A stretch of DNA of 64,000 nt from Macrostomum hystrix (lineage: Eukaryota; Animalia; Platyhelminthes). A model generated the notes under the pieces. The model saw nothing but the letters and a program-made list of their open reading frames with translations. It did not search any database and was not told the origin of the DNA. The stretch is taken from NCBI GenBank assembly GCA_950097015.1, contig CATNEN010000038.1, positions 19,220,001 to 19,284,000 on the forward strand, in the 5' to 3' direction. Made by a program: the position numbers and the translations under genes. This document shows positions 24,186-36,000 of the stretch, in pieces; the first letter of the stretch is position 1; each line of letters opens with the position of its first letter.

Positions 24186-24848
24186 ATGCTTAGAACTTTT
24201 CTACGACATGAAAACAAAGAGTCGTAAAGCAAAGTCAAGTTAAACGCATGCTTAAGAACTTATTTATCACTGGGTTTTAACGACTTAGCTGGTCTATTCA
24301 ACGCGCATTGTCTATAGGCTTGTGACTTGCCTGATTTCATTAATTCATAAGTGGTCACACATGAAGGGGGGAAATAATTCTAGTATAATTAGCACACATA
24401 CCTATGAGATTTCAACTCTCACCTGCGCTTCTGTATACACTTGTCCCGGGCCACTTAGCAACCAGCCACCATAGCATATGGACAGGAACTGACAAACTAA
24501 CACACACACTATACTGCTCAGGGACTCAGACTAAACTAGTCTGCACTCTCAGGTGGCGGTTAAACAGATTGATTGCTCCAGCTCAGTGCCCATAAGCATA
24601 GGTTTAACCCTATTATTTTGTTTTACTTCTCTCTGTTTTCAGGTCGTCGGCTAGTTCCATAGTACTCAAATGCAGGTGTACTCAACCAGGGCTACCTGGC
24701 CAAGGGATGGGATAGAGAATGTGCTCGTTTGAGCAGGTCAGAGTAGGGGGTATCTGGCCAGTGAGTAGCCGGGATTAGTACTGGCGGGGAGAGAGGATCT
24801 CGCGGTGATTTCAATTCGTCCTACTTCTAATCAAACCGAAAATGACCG

Positions 24849-24862
24849 GTTGTCATGGCAAC
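24849..24862. promoter_or_regulatory. Candidate RFX X-box upstream of EML
   Basis: GTTGTCATGGCAAC near-palindrome about 170 bp upstream of the probable EML ATG. Confidence 0.55.
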
Positions 24863-25030
24863 GAATTTGCGCGAGCAGTGAGTGCGCGGGCCGCAAGCAC
24901 AGGTTAGTGCGAAGTGTGTGAGCACTGACAGGAAACCTACACACGGTAGCTAGGGATTTCTTAAGGACTTTGGGAAGGTATTTGAGGCACCGAGACAGGC
25001 AAAGAAGAGGCTATCGACACGAGAGTAAGA

Positions 25031-28000
25031 ATGGCGAATTTTGAGCGACAAGGTAAGCATGCCTTTCTGTTTAAAATATTGTTTGTTTCAATCAAATTGA
25101 AGCTAAGATCTGCTTTAATAAATTATCATTCTTGTTTAATTCACAATCGATTAATCAAAGATAGATTCTTCTTCTTCTTCATTCTTGGGGGGTGAGTGGT
25201 AGAGCAGTCTAACGCGTTTGTCTCTCGCACCAAGGTCCCTGAGCTCGATTTCGCGGCGAGGCCACATTTATTTGGGTCGCAGCCGCGGAGAGAAGGCTTG
25301 GGGGCTTGTCGTGCAATTTACGCCAATCAGGGCCAACCTCCAAGGCACAGTGAGAGTGTACACTGCCTGACGATGAGAAAGTCAGGGCAGATGTACACAC
25401 CTGTGTGACCGTGTGCTCGAGTACAGTATCTGTGTGTGTGTGCTCAGGAGTCAGCGGAATGGGCAGAGTTGCCTCCTCGCTGGCTAAAGGTCAAGTGTCA
25501 CCAAATGATGTGCCATTCATTGCCCGCAGCCCTCCTGCAGTTACTATCATTATTTTTAGAATCGATTCTTAAAACTCAAAGATTGATTCGTCGATTTTAA
25601 AAGCTCAAAAGGCCTTTCCAACTATTGCAAAATAGCCGTCGGCAGAATTTCGAAGAAATTCTGAGATTGATCCAGCAATCAGAATTCGCCCAGTTCCCAT
25701 CCAGCAACCAAAAAACAAACCTCGCTTCAGACGAAACCCACGCGGCTCTGCAGCTGGGTAGATCTCGAGTAGTGCTGGACATCCCCAGCGCCTACGCGAC
25801 CGGCTTCGACCCAACGCAAAGCTTGCCTCCGCCGGACCGGCAGCTTCAGCTGGAGTGGATCTACGGTGCCAGGGGCAGCGACTGCCGCAACAACCTCATC
25901 TACCTGGACGTCAGCGGGGAGCTCGTCTACTTTATGGCTGCGGCTGTGGTGCTGCACAATGCGGAAGCTGGAACTCAGAGGCACTATAATGAGCACACGG
26001 ACGATGTGCAGTGGTGAGGGATGGTTTTTCGGATAGACTTCGAACAGAGTGTTTGTTAGGTTAGCTTTGTTATGTTATGTACTGAGGTACACTACTGTGT
26101 GAGTGTGTTGCCTGTTTAACATTCCTGATCCTGTCGCTTAGCAGTTGCACGACCTCAGAAATGTATTATACGAGTGTATTTACCTTTCTCCCAGCATCGC
26201 CCTGCACCCGAATGGCAACACGCTGGCAACGGGGCAGTCCTGCGGGCACCGCAAAGTGCAGGGCAAGGCTCACATCCGGGTTTGGCTGGCCGGCAGCCTC
26301 GAGACGCTGCACGTTCTCGGCGAGGACGACTTCCAGCGCTCTGTCAGCTGCGTGGCGTTCAGCTCGTTCGACAAAGGCGAGCTACTGTGCGCCGTTGACG
26401 AGGCCGACGATCACCACCTGTCCGTCTGGGACTGGAAGGCCGAGAAGCGGCTGTGCCAGGCCAAGGCCTCCAAGGAGCCCATCATGGACGTCGAGTTCAA
26501 TCCTCAGGAGCCAAATGCCATTGTGAGCTGCGGCCGGGGACAAATCTCTTTCTGGACCATAGACGACTCAAGAAATTTGGAGGCGAAGAGAGGAACATTC
26601 AAGGTGAGTGGATAACCAATAATGGCTTCAGACTGATTGATCGAGTAAATTGATTGATTAATTGATAGATTGAAGCTTAGTTGCATTCCCACAGCAACCA
26701 GCAATGAGGTCTTCTGCTCAGGCACACTCATACAGGGGCATCTGTCATCCGCCCTGACTACTTCCTTGTACCCCGAAAGTGAGGTTATCCCGCAAAAGGC
26801 ATGAAACGCGTTAGACCGCTATTCACCACTCACCCCTATTGACAAGGGATAAATAAATATTTATTGCAGTCCTTGCTTTGACACACAATATTTGCCGTTC
26901 AATGCACAATTGCTATAGCCCAAAAATTTGACACCTTAATGAATTTATCTTCGAAATGCAATAATTGTTGCACCATTGATTCCTAAAATCGCATCTCATG
27001 AAAGCAGCGGGAACTGTGGCCAGTGTTTCCCTGCTACCTGCAGCAGTGCAATGGTTCCAGTTTGAATTCGACCGCATCTGGGTCAACAGCAGCAGGCAAC
27101 AAAAAGTGGCGCTACCCATTGGTAAACAACGGACAGCACGCCATCGCAATGTGCTGTTCCATCTGCACTTCCGTGATGTACTGTCTAAAAAAGCATTTTT
27201 TTAGTTGCAAGACATCCCAGTGATGTGTAGTGACCATGCTTGACCGTTTAAGTGACTGTACAATAATTTCATTAATTCTGGTAGTTTTTAAACCAAGGTC
27301 TTGCAATTTGGTAGCTTGGGCCCAATGTCCTAGAATGTGAGTAACGAGTACACCAATTAGTTAATGTACAGATGCTACGTGCCCCTAAAACCTTTGTTAA
27401 AACGCCCATTCTTTTTATTGCGCTTTTAACGTGCAATTTACTTGAGTTTATAAAAAATTTCTGTCGGTCTAAATGCTCAGAAATCTGAAAGTTTGTGACA
27501 AACAAACTAGACGCTTCGAACATAACCTTTTAGTTGTGTGCAATCTCAGTTAGTTCCTCGTCGATGCCACTAAGTGTTTTTTCCAATTCGCACATAACTG
27601 TAAAATTACTGCGTTTTTAGGGCAGCTGGAAAGTGCACGACCTTGCAGACAACAAGCAGACAGAGAATGTACGAGTACCAGTCAGTGTCCCTGTCGAAAT
27701 AACTTCATTTTGCTTTCTGTTTTTTTTTCTTTTTCTCCCGACTCAGACAGTAGAAAAGATCACAGAATATTATTTAGATTTTTTTCTCGAAAACTCAGGT
27801 TGCAGTTGTTTTCTGAAGGCTGAAAATTTGAAACTGCTTATTTCCGAATTTCAGGACAAGGAGGCGCCAAAGTACATCTTAGGCCTGGCCTTCAGCCCCA
27901 AAGGGTTTCTGGTGTCTGGTGACTCTAACGGAAACATCCTGGTTTGGGATAAAGGTTAGATCCAACTGTTATTATCAGCTTGCTTCTCTCTGCGTTTTGT

Positions 28001-30063
28001 TTGGTTTTCTCCCTCCGTATGTTCAAGTTCTTGGCTGGCCTTTCTCTCTTCTCTTACTCGTCTATGATTGGCTCACTCTTCGCCTGTCTTTCCTCAACCA
28101 CCTCATTTTTCATCTCTTACCCTCTTGTAGTCCTTTTATGCTCCAAGTCAATACACCAATTGTTTCTTCCGACGACACAATAGAACATTTGTTATGGGAG
28201 GTTATGTTTATTTTCACTGATTAATATAGCCATCGTAACTAACTGAAGCGGTCTCAATGACATCGAACTCAAGGAAAGCTCCAAAAGAATCCGGTGCAGA
28301 GAAACTTAACTTCCTCCAGCTAGCAGAGAACTGGTCATCAAATGTTTCTTGAATAACATTTCAACGTGAAATGATCTGCATTCGCTTTCTTTCCACTTCA
28401 ACAAGGTCGCAACAAGGTGACCCGTGAGCTGGCTGGCGCTCACACCGACGCCGTATTCTCTCTGACCTTCCTCCGCGATGGTCGTCTAGTCAGCGGCGGT
28501 CGCGCAGGCCGGCTGGTACTCTGGGACGACTCCTGCCAGCGGAAGCTGCTAGACACCGAGGTACCGTCGGCATACGGCGCCGTGCGCTGCGCTGTGCAGG
28601 GCAAAGGAGAGACGCTCTACCTGGAGACAGTGAAGAACTGTGTCCTGCAGGGATCATTCTCTGATGGCTTCTCGCCAGTCTCTGTGGTGAGGTTGACTTT
28701 CAGTGCGCAGATCAGTTTCAGTTTCTGTCGTCTTATTTTACTCGTATTTTTCACTTAAACTCATGAGGTTTCAACTTATAAAAATATTGAAGGGTCACCG
28801 CGACGATATCTGGGGCCTGTCTGTGGACTCCTCCGGTAAATTTCTAACCTGCGGTGACGATCGTCTGGTAGCATTGCGCGATCCGGAGTCGAGAAAGACT
28901 ATTTGGGAAGCGCAGGTGGGAGTTACAACAAGTTCTGCTTAGTATGACCTTTTGTAAACGTCCTGGTTTGATATTCTTGCTGTTTTTATCTCCAGGTGAT
29001 TCCTGATCGTTGCTTTTTATAGCACTCCGCAGCATGAAGTAATGTGTGCGATGCTATTTTTAGCACTTCACAAAATGACGTAATGTGTGCGATGCTATTT
29101 TTAGCACTTTAAAGATAATATGTTTTGGTTGGTTAGCTTACTCCCATCATAATACTAATGCCAAGAGGTATAAAGTCCATCGAAATTTCTATCGTAGGTG
29201 AAGCAGGGAGCCCATTGCTGCGCCCTGTCCCCAGACGGTAATCTGGCGATCATCGGCTGCCAGACGGGGCACTGCGTGGTACTAGACTGCGCCAACAGTG
29301 GCACCGTCCTACTGAGCAAGAAAATCTCGCGTGAGCAGATTGAGGACGTCAAATTCAGTCCAGGTGAGTGTTTTGAAAAGTCTTCTAGATTTTATGCGGT
29401 GCGTAACGTAACGATGTGATGGTGCACGCTGCAATAGCACACGTCAAATGACAGCTGTTACGGTCTCTAACCCCACGACAAGCCTGATCAGTAAACAAAC
29501 CTGGAATCGAAAACACACCTCTAGACGGTCAACACGTGGCCCTGGCATCGCGAGACAACAAAATCTACATTTACCGAGTGTCTAGTAACAATGGCGCTCT
29601 GGAGCCGGCAGCCCAGTGCCAGGGCCACACCTCTTACGTCACCCACATCGACTGGTCAGCTGACGGACTTCTGCTCCGCTCCAACTCCGGCGACTACGAG
29701 CTGCTCTACTGGAAGATGCCCAGCGGCCAGCGCGAGTTCTCGGATACGGTGACTCGCGACGCCCGCTGGCACACCGGCACCTGCAGTCTGGCCTTCGAAG
29801 TGGCCGGTATTTGGCGCGACGCCAACGACGGCAGCGATGTTAATGCGGTCTGCGTCAACACTGACGGCAGCCTGTGCGCAGCTGGTGACGACTTCGGCTG
29901 GTTGAATGTCTACGCCTATCCGTGCGCGGTGGCCGCGCCTGATAGGCTGCGCGGCAGCGCCCACTCCAGTCACGTGACCAATGTGGCCTTCACGCCTGAT
30001 GGGAAACGGCTGATCACGTGCGGCGGCCGTGACATGGCTGTCATCCAGTGGCTGATTGCTTGA
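25031..30063 (+). CDS. EML: Echinoderm microtubule-associated protein-like (HELP + WD40)
   Basis: HELP motif PDRQLQLEWIYGARGSDCRNNL, WD repeats, C-terminal GHTSYVTHIDWS...SNSGDYELLYW...AHSSHVTNVAF. Exons about 25031-25052 (start tentative), ~25683-26012, 26195-26603, 27855-27954, 28406-28686, 28793-28915, 29198-29363 and 29525-30063. Confidence 0.93.
25187..25556 (+). mobile_element. SINE family 1 (EML intron 1)
   Basis: Full-length copy of the dispersed family. Confidence 0.88.
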
Positions 30064-30679
30064 AGCGCTGGATGAATACAGATGGAAATGGGATAACTTC
30101 TTGTTGAAGGTGTAAATTCTTGACGTTGAGTAATATAGTTCTGATCGAGGCTGTCATGTACAGTCAATGAAGATGTCAATCAAGGTACATATCGTTATTA
30201 GTTGGGCACTAGCACGCAAACACTCACCACGTATATACTAATATCCGTCCATATTTTGCTGGTCAAAAAAGATAAAACGTGAAACTTTAGTGACGACACA
30301 ACGGTATAAGCCTACTGTGTAGTACGAGTGTATACGTAAATTATTCTGCGCAGCATCTCATTAATATGAAAAAGTTTATTTAAATATTTCTCTCTGATAT
30401 GTTCCTATTATTCACTTTCCTAAATACCGCGCTTAGAATCTCCAAGAATCTTTAGTTATGACTAATCTGATGCACAACAATTGCACTATGCTGATCGTAA
30501 TTCTATGAAATCTGTCTATTTTTCTTGAGCTATCGGCAAATTTGCCATTTGAAATAAAAGAGCATCAAAAAGTTTTAAGTAAGGCGTTTTTGGTCCCACT
30601 ACTGTGGACTGACTATAGACAATTTGACTGTGGACAATTTGCCTGTGGACAATTTGACAGTGGACAATTTGACAGTTGG

Positions 30680-31370
30680 GACACGCCGTTCCTGTTCGCC
30701 CTTGTGCTTGACTCGGTGCTTCAACCGACGACGAAGATGGACTCCTACTGCGACGACGCCTTGGTCGACGTCAACCGGAAAGGCGTATCAGTATGTTTGG
30801 CTACGCCGACGACCTCGCCCTGCTGGCCGCCCCGCATCAGCTAGACAAGCTGGTTGGCGTTGCAACGACGTCGTCCTGGTGGTCAACACGACAAAGACCG
30901 TCGTGTTCTGCGTGCCGGGCGACATCGAGGTTTTTCCCGAAGCGCTGACGGGCAAGCAACAGAGCTTCTGTGGTGTCAGCATTTCGTCTACCTCGGTGGT
31001 CTGGTTCCTGACGTCCTGCAGTCCGAGACTCTACCTAGCTGATCGCCAGAGGGCGGCGCTGTTCCAGGTGGTGGTCGAGACCATCCTGATGTACAACGCC
31101 GAGACCTGGACACTGACAGACTCGCTCGGTGGCGCACGCTGGCCTTCTGCGCGCCGCCTTCAAGATCAGCGACGAGCTAGTCACTAACGCCAGACTCTAT
31201 CGCCTCGCCGGCCTGACCCGTCCAAGTGAATCGCTGCGTCGTCGTCAGACCACATCATCCGCGCCGAGTCCTGCTGCCCACAGCCGGTTCAGGAGGCGCT
31301 GTGGACACCCTAGGAGTTGCGGCCAGGCCTGAACTCGCCGTTTCGTAGACTGCACTTCGTCGACTGCGCC
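30680..31370 (+). mobile_element. Degenerate RTE-like non-LTR retrotransposon fragment
   Basis: PFLFALVLDSVL, a GYADDLALL frame (ggctacgccgacgacctcgccctg) and ILMYNAETWTLT, spread across frameshifts. Confidence 0.75.
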
Positions 31371-31556
31371 CGAACTCTGCTGGTTCGCGTTATAGAAGAG
31401 CATCGAGTCTTTTTAAGGCAGTAATTCTGTTCCACGGTCAAATAGTCCAAATTGTGGCAATAAATTGTTGTGTACCAACCAATATCTGCCCTGTAAAATC
31501 AGTACAAAAAGTTGGGAGGGCTCTTAACAAGACTTCCTGCGACTTGTTAAAAGCAA

Positions 31557-31628
31557 GGCTCAGTGGTCTAGGGGTATGATACTCGCTTAGGGTGCGAGTG
31601 GTCCCGGGTTCAAATCCCGGCTGAGCCC
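31557..31628 (+). tRNA. tRNA-Pro (AGG)
   Basis: 72 nt GGCTCAG...CTGAGCCC, anticodon arm CTCGC-TTAGGGT-GCGAG, T-arm CCGGG-TTCAAAT-CCCGG, TTTT just downstream. Confidence 0.95.
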
Positions 31629-33098
31629 TAAGTTTTGTCGTTATTCGGCAAACATTTTCCTAGGCTGCGATAGTACGCAATTTGTAACTTTATTAAAATC
31701 TAATCTAAGTGAAAATCTTTTTTGCTTTCCGTAAAAGTAAATTTTGAACAGCTTCCCTATAACACTGGTCAAGAATGGAGTCATATTTTTCAAGTCCGAT
31801 ATGTTGCGAATCCACAAATCCCGCGGTGATTGTGCATTCATCTCACATGCTAAGTAAAGCATTTTGGGTTAAAGACAGCAAAATATATTTTTAGTCACTT
31901 TCTAGCATTATAAATTTCCTTACGCAAATTTTATATATACTCAAGTAGATAATAGGAAGCTGAAATAAACTGTTCAAAAGCTATTTTTTAGAAAAAAAAT
32001 TCGCTTGCCCAACGCTACTTATAGTAGGCCTAATTAAAATTTTCAAAACGGAAACAAAATCAGTTACTGTTTAAATAGGAATTTTGAGAGTCTGTATTTA
32101 TTTGCCACAATCTGATACTATTTTATTTAGCTATTTAAACAAAAGGTGATACTTTAGATCTTTGGTACACTGTCTCATGGCCCTTTCAATTACTGAGCTC
32201 TATTAATTACTTCGCACTATGCTTATAGACTCTAAAGATCTAAATGATGATGATTAGATAGTAATTTTCTGTCACGTTTTTCTCTGTTTACTGGTACCGT
32301 AATATCGCAAGCTTTTTCCTTGAGACGGTGTAAAAGCATTAGAAAAATACATTTTTAAAGAATGGAAAGCAAATACAATATTTCTAAAATAGAATCTAGC
32401 TGAGGGGCATTCAGCATGGCAACTATACACGAGTTTTCTGTTCTTACTATGAAATTACAGCTCAAGGGTCCATTTGAAAGCCTGTCAAACTATTCTGGAA
32501 ACTCACTGCAATAATTTTATAACTCTTTACAATGGATGCAAGCGCTGCATTGAAAACAGCGTAGATGAGAATATTTTCAGCTTTCGGCAATTCTTTGCCC
32601 AGGCGACAGAAACACAACAGCAAAGTTTCCTTTCCTAATTACACCTGGATTGAAGACGGTATTTAGCTGAGAGAAAAGCTACTCCATTTACACGATACTT
32701 CAAGCGTAATTAGCAGCAGCAGCAGCAGCAGCACCCGAAACAGTCCCGAAAAAATACAGTGAAGTTAAAGACTATGCACTCGCCAGTTGCTGTGTATAGC
32801 CTCTTTTCTGTAGCAAATAAATGCTCAGGCATTGTGCCTGTGTCTCTCAGTCTGTCTCTATGCCACTCAAATCTGACAACAATGCAGGCACAACAAACAA
32901 GTCACTTGCTATTGCAGCAGCGAATGAGAAATATTTTCGTAACAAAGTTTCTTTCTAGTTTGAGTTTGAAACCCTGTATGGAAAATATTATATTAGTTCA
33001 GCCTGTTTTGTAACAAAATATAAATTGTCGCACTACACACAAAGTCTTTAATCAAATAGATTTTTGAATAATTTCTTTACAAAAAAGCATCAAGCAAT

Positions 33099-36000
33099 AT
33101 GTATGCAAGTGGTATAAATCCTTCCAGCGGTGATCAGGTTCTCTACGTAAATGGCAAATCCGTAGAGAGTAAGTTTAATTTATCTCCATGCTGGAACTGT
33201 CATAGTAATACAGTGAAGGCTGTAAACAACGCGTAATATTTCAGTTCCCAAGGACTGCAACCCGGAGACAAGTCTAAATGAGTTTCTACGCGATGTGCTC
33301 AATCTGAAGGGCACTAAAGTGCTGTGCAGAGAGGGCGGCTGCGGTTGCTGCGTTGTCACGGCCACCTACAAGCACCCTGCAACCGAGGAAGTGGTGTCAG
33401 TGCCTGTCAACTCTGTGAGCTGGAAAATGACTTTTTTTGCATTGGCTTCGAAGCAATGGGGCATGTGAATGGATATGGGGTTAAGTGGCAGAGAGATTCA
33501 CCCATCAGAAAGATTCATCAGAGTTGCCCCTCAGAGTCCCTGAGCTCGATTCCGCGGCGGGGCACAGACGCGTAGAGAAAGCTTGGGGCTTGTCGTGAAA
33601 TTTACGCCCTTAAGGGCCAACCTCTAAGGAAAATTGAAAGTGTTGCACTGCGAGACGATGAGAAAGTCAGGACAGATGTACACACCAACATATGAGTATG
33701 CCTGCGCACAGTATATGTGTGCGTATGTGCTCTGAAGTCAGCAAATGGGCAGAATTGCCTCCTCGCTGGCTGCAGGTCTAATGTCACTAAATGATGTGCT
33801 ATTGCCCGCAGCCCTCCTGCAATTATTAATATTTTTATTATCCCCCTGGATTGTGTGTGGTATCTCCCTGGATTGTGTGTGGTATCCCCCTGGATTGTGT
33901 GTGGTATCTCCCTAGATTGTGTGTGGTATCTCCCTAGATTGTGTGTGGTATCTCCCTGGATTGTGTGTGGTATCTCCCTGGATTGTGTGTGGTATCTCCC
34001 TGGATTGTGTGTGGTATCCCCCTGGATTGTGTGGTATCTCCCTAGATTGTGTGTGGTATCTCCCTAGATTGTGTGTGGTATCTCCCTGGATTGTGTGTGG
34101 TATCTCCCTGGATTGTGTGTGGTATCTCCCTAGATTGTGTGTGGTATCTCCCTAGATTGTGTGTGGTATCTCCCTAGATTGTGTGAGGTATCTCCCTGGA
34201 TTGTGTGTGGTATCTCCCTAGATTGTGTGTGGTATCTCCCTAGATTGTGTGTGGTATCTCCCTGGATTGTGTGTGGTATCTCCCTAGATTGTGTGTGGTA
34301 TCTCCCTAGATTGTGTGAGGTATCTCCCTAGATTGTGTGTCGTATCTCCCTAGATTGTGTGAGGTATCTCCCTAGATTGTGTGTGGTATCTCCCTAGATT
34401 GTGTGAGGTATCTCCCTAGATTGTGTGTGGTATCTCCCTAGATTGTGTTTGGTATCTCCCTAGATTGTGTGTGGTATCTCCCTAGATTGTGTGTGGTATC
34501 TCCCTAGATTGTGTGTGGTATCTCCCTGGATTGTGTGTGGTATCTCCCTGGATTGTGTGTGGTATCTCCCTGGATTGTGTGTGGTATCTCCCTGGATTGT
34601 GTGTGGTATCTCCCTGGATTGTGTGTGGTATCTCCCTGGATTGTGGTATTTTCTTTTGTCCTCGCTTCATCTCTCAGTCCTGTCTGTGTGGTTTCTGAAG
34701 ATTCTGAAGATACGAGCATTGACTCAGATGTGTTATGCGTCTCATAAAGCAAATTTTGAAGCACCTTTCTCATGCTAGTGCCTGTGCCCCGTCTACTCGG
34801 CTGTGGGCTGGCACATCACCACCATCGAGGGCATCGGAGGCAGCGGCAAGCCCTACCATCCGATTCAAGAGCGGCTGGCCGAGCACTTCGGCACCCAGTG
34901 CGGCTTCTGCTCTCCCGGCTTCGTCATGAGCATGTACAGCCAGCTGCAGGAGAACCAGAAGCCCACAATGCAGCAGGTTGAGCATTTCTTCGACGGCAAC
35001 ATCTGCCGCTGCACCGGCTACAGGTCCATTCTCGACGGCATGAAGTCGTTCGCCTGCGACTCCAAGAATGGCAAATGCATCGACATAGAGGTGAGTGGAC
35101 CGGACTAGTGTTAAAGCCCTTCAATTCCAGACAGCTCAAATGTTACTCGCTGAGCTGCTCATACAACCGCGGCAGGAAATGAACCAGAGCTTGTGCGCTG
35201 AGAACATCCTGAAGCCGCCCACATCCGGCGTGATCCCGATCGCTCGAGGTTGGAAGGGCCAGCGCTTCTACAACCCGGGCAGCCTGGACCAGCTGCTCAA
35301 GCTGCTCAAGCGCTACAAGGACGACGACTACCAGCTGGTCTGCGGCAACACCTCCGCCGGAGTCTTCAAAGAGGACGTCCTCGTGAACTGCTTCATCAAC
35401 GTTCGCAACGTGCCCGAGCTGCACAGCATCGAGGTGAGTCACTAAAGAGTACATCGCAGAGCTAGTGACAATGAGCTCAAAATCTTCTCAACACCTGACA
35501 CTCGCTGCAGTTGAGCAAGTCAGGCCTGGAGATTGGCGCCACGGTGACTCTGCGCGAGCTGATCGACACTTTTAAAGAGGCCGCCGCGAAGGTGCCCGGC
35601 TTGGCCCATCTCGACAGAATCAGCGACCACTACCAGCAGGTGGCCAACCAGGCCGTCCGCGCGAACGCCTCCTGGGCCGGAAACCTCATGATGAAGCACA
35701 GCCACCAGGACTTCCCATCGGATGTGTTCATCACGCTGGAGGCTGCAAAGACTGTCATCAGGGTTGCGGATGACCAGGGCACTCAGGATCACGTGCTGAC
35801 CGATTTTCTGAGGCTGAACATGCGGGGCAAGGTGATCGTGTCAGCCAAGCTGCCCGCCATCTCGACGGACCAGCACTTCTACCGGTCCTTCAAGATCACG
35901 CCTCGGCAGCTGGTAAAAAAATTTGGTTTGTTTTACGAGCGTACTTGACGTTGCAGAGTTGCTGCTTGCATGAGCTCTACCTCATTTCAGAATGCCCACG

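Noticed and set aside
21305-24238. Long repetitive ORFs (DLRRNLSR)n, (MKHEG)n and (MLHSL)n
   Set aside because: Artefacts of 24-bp and 15-bp arrays, one of which is the Rab intron
25471-25484. GCCTCCTCGCTGGC in SINE family 1, matching the HDV ribozyme P3-L3 as I recall it
   Set aside because: No GG for P1.1 after the putative P1, no convincing P2, the motif varies between copies, and simple hairpins explain the region. A covariance-model search on the SINE consensus would settle it.
2677-34645. CRISPR-like appearance of the 20-40 bp repeat arrays
   Set aside because: Units are head-to-tail with no unique spacers, no cas genes, and the context is eukaryotic
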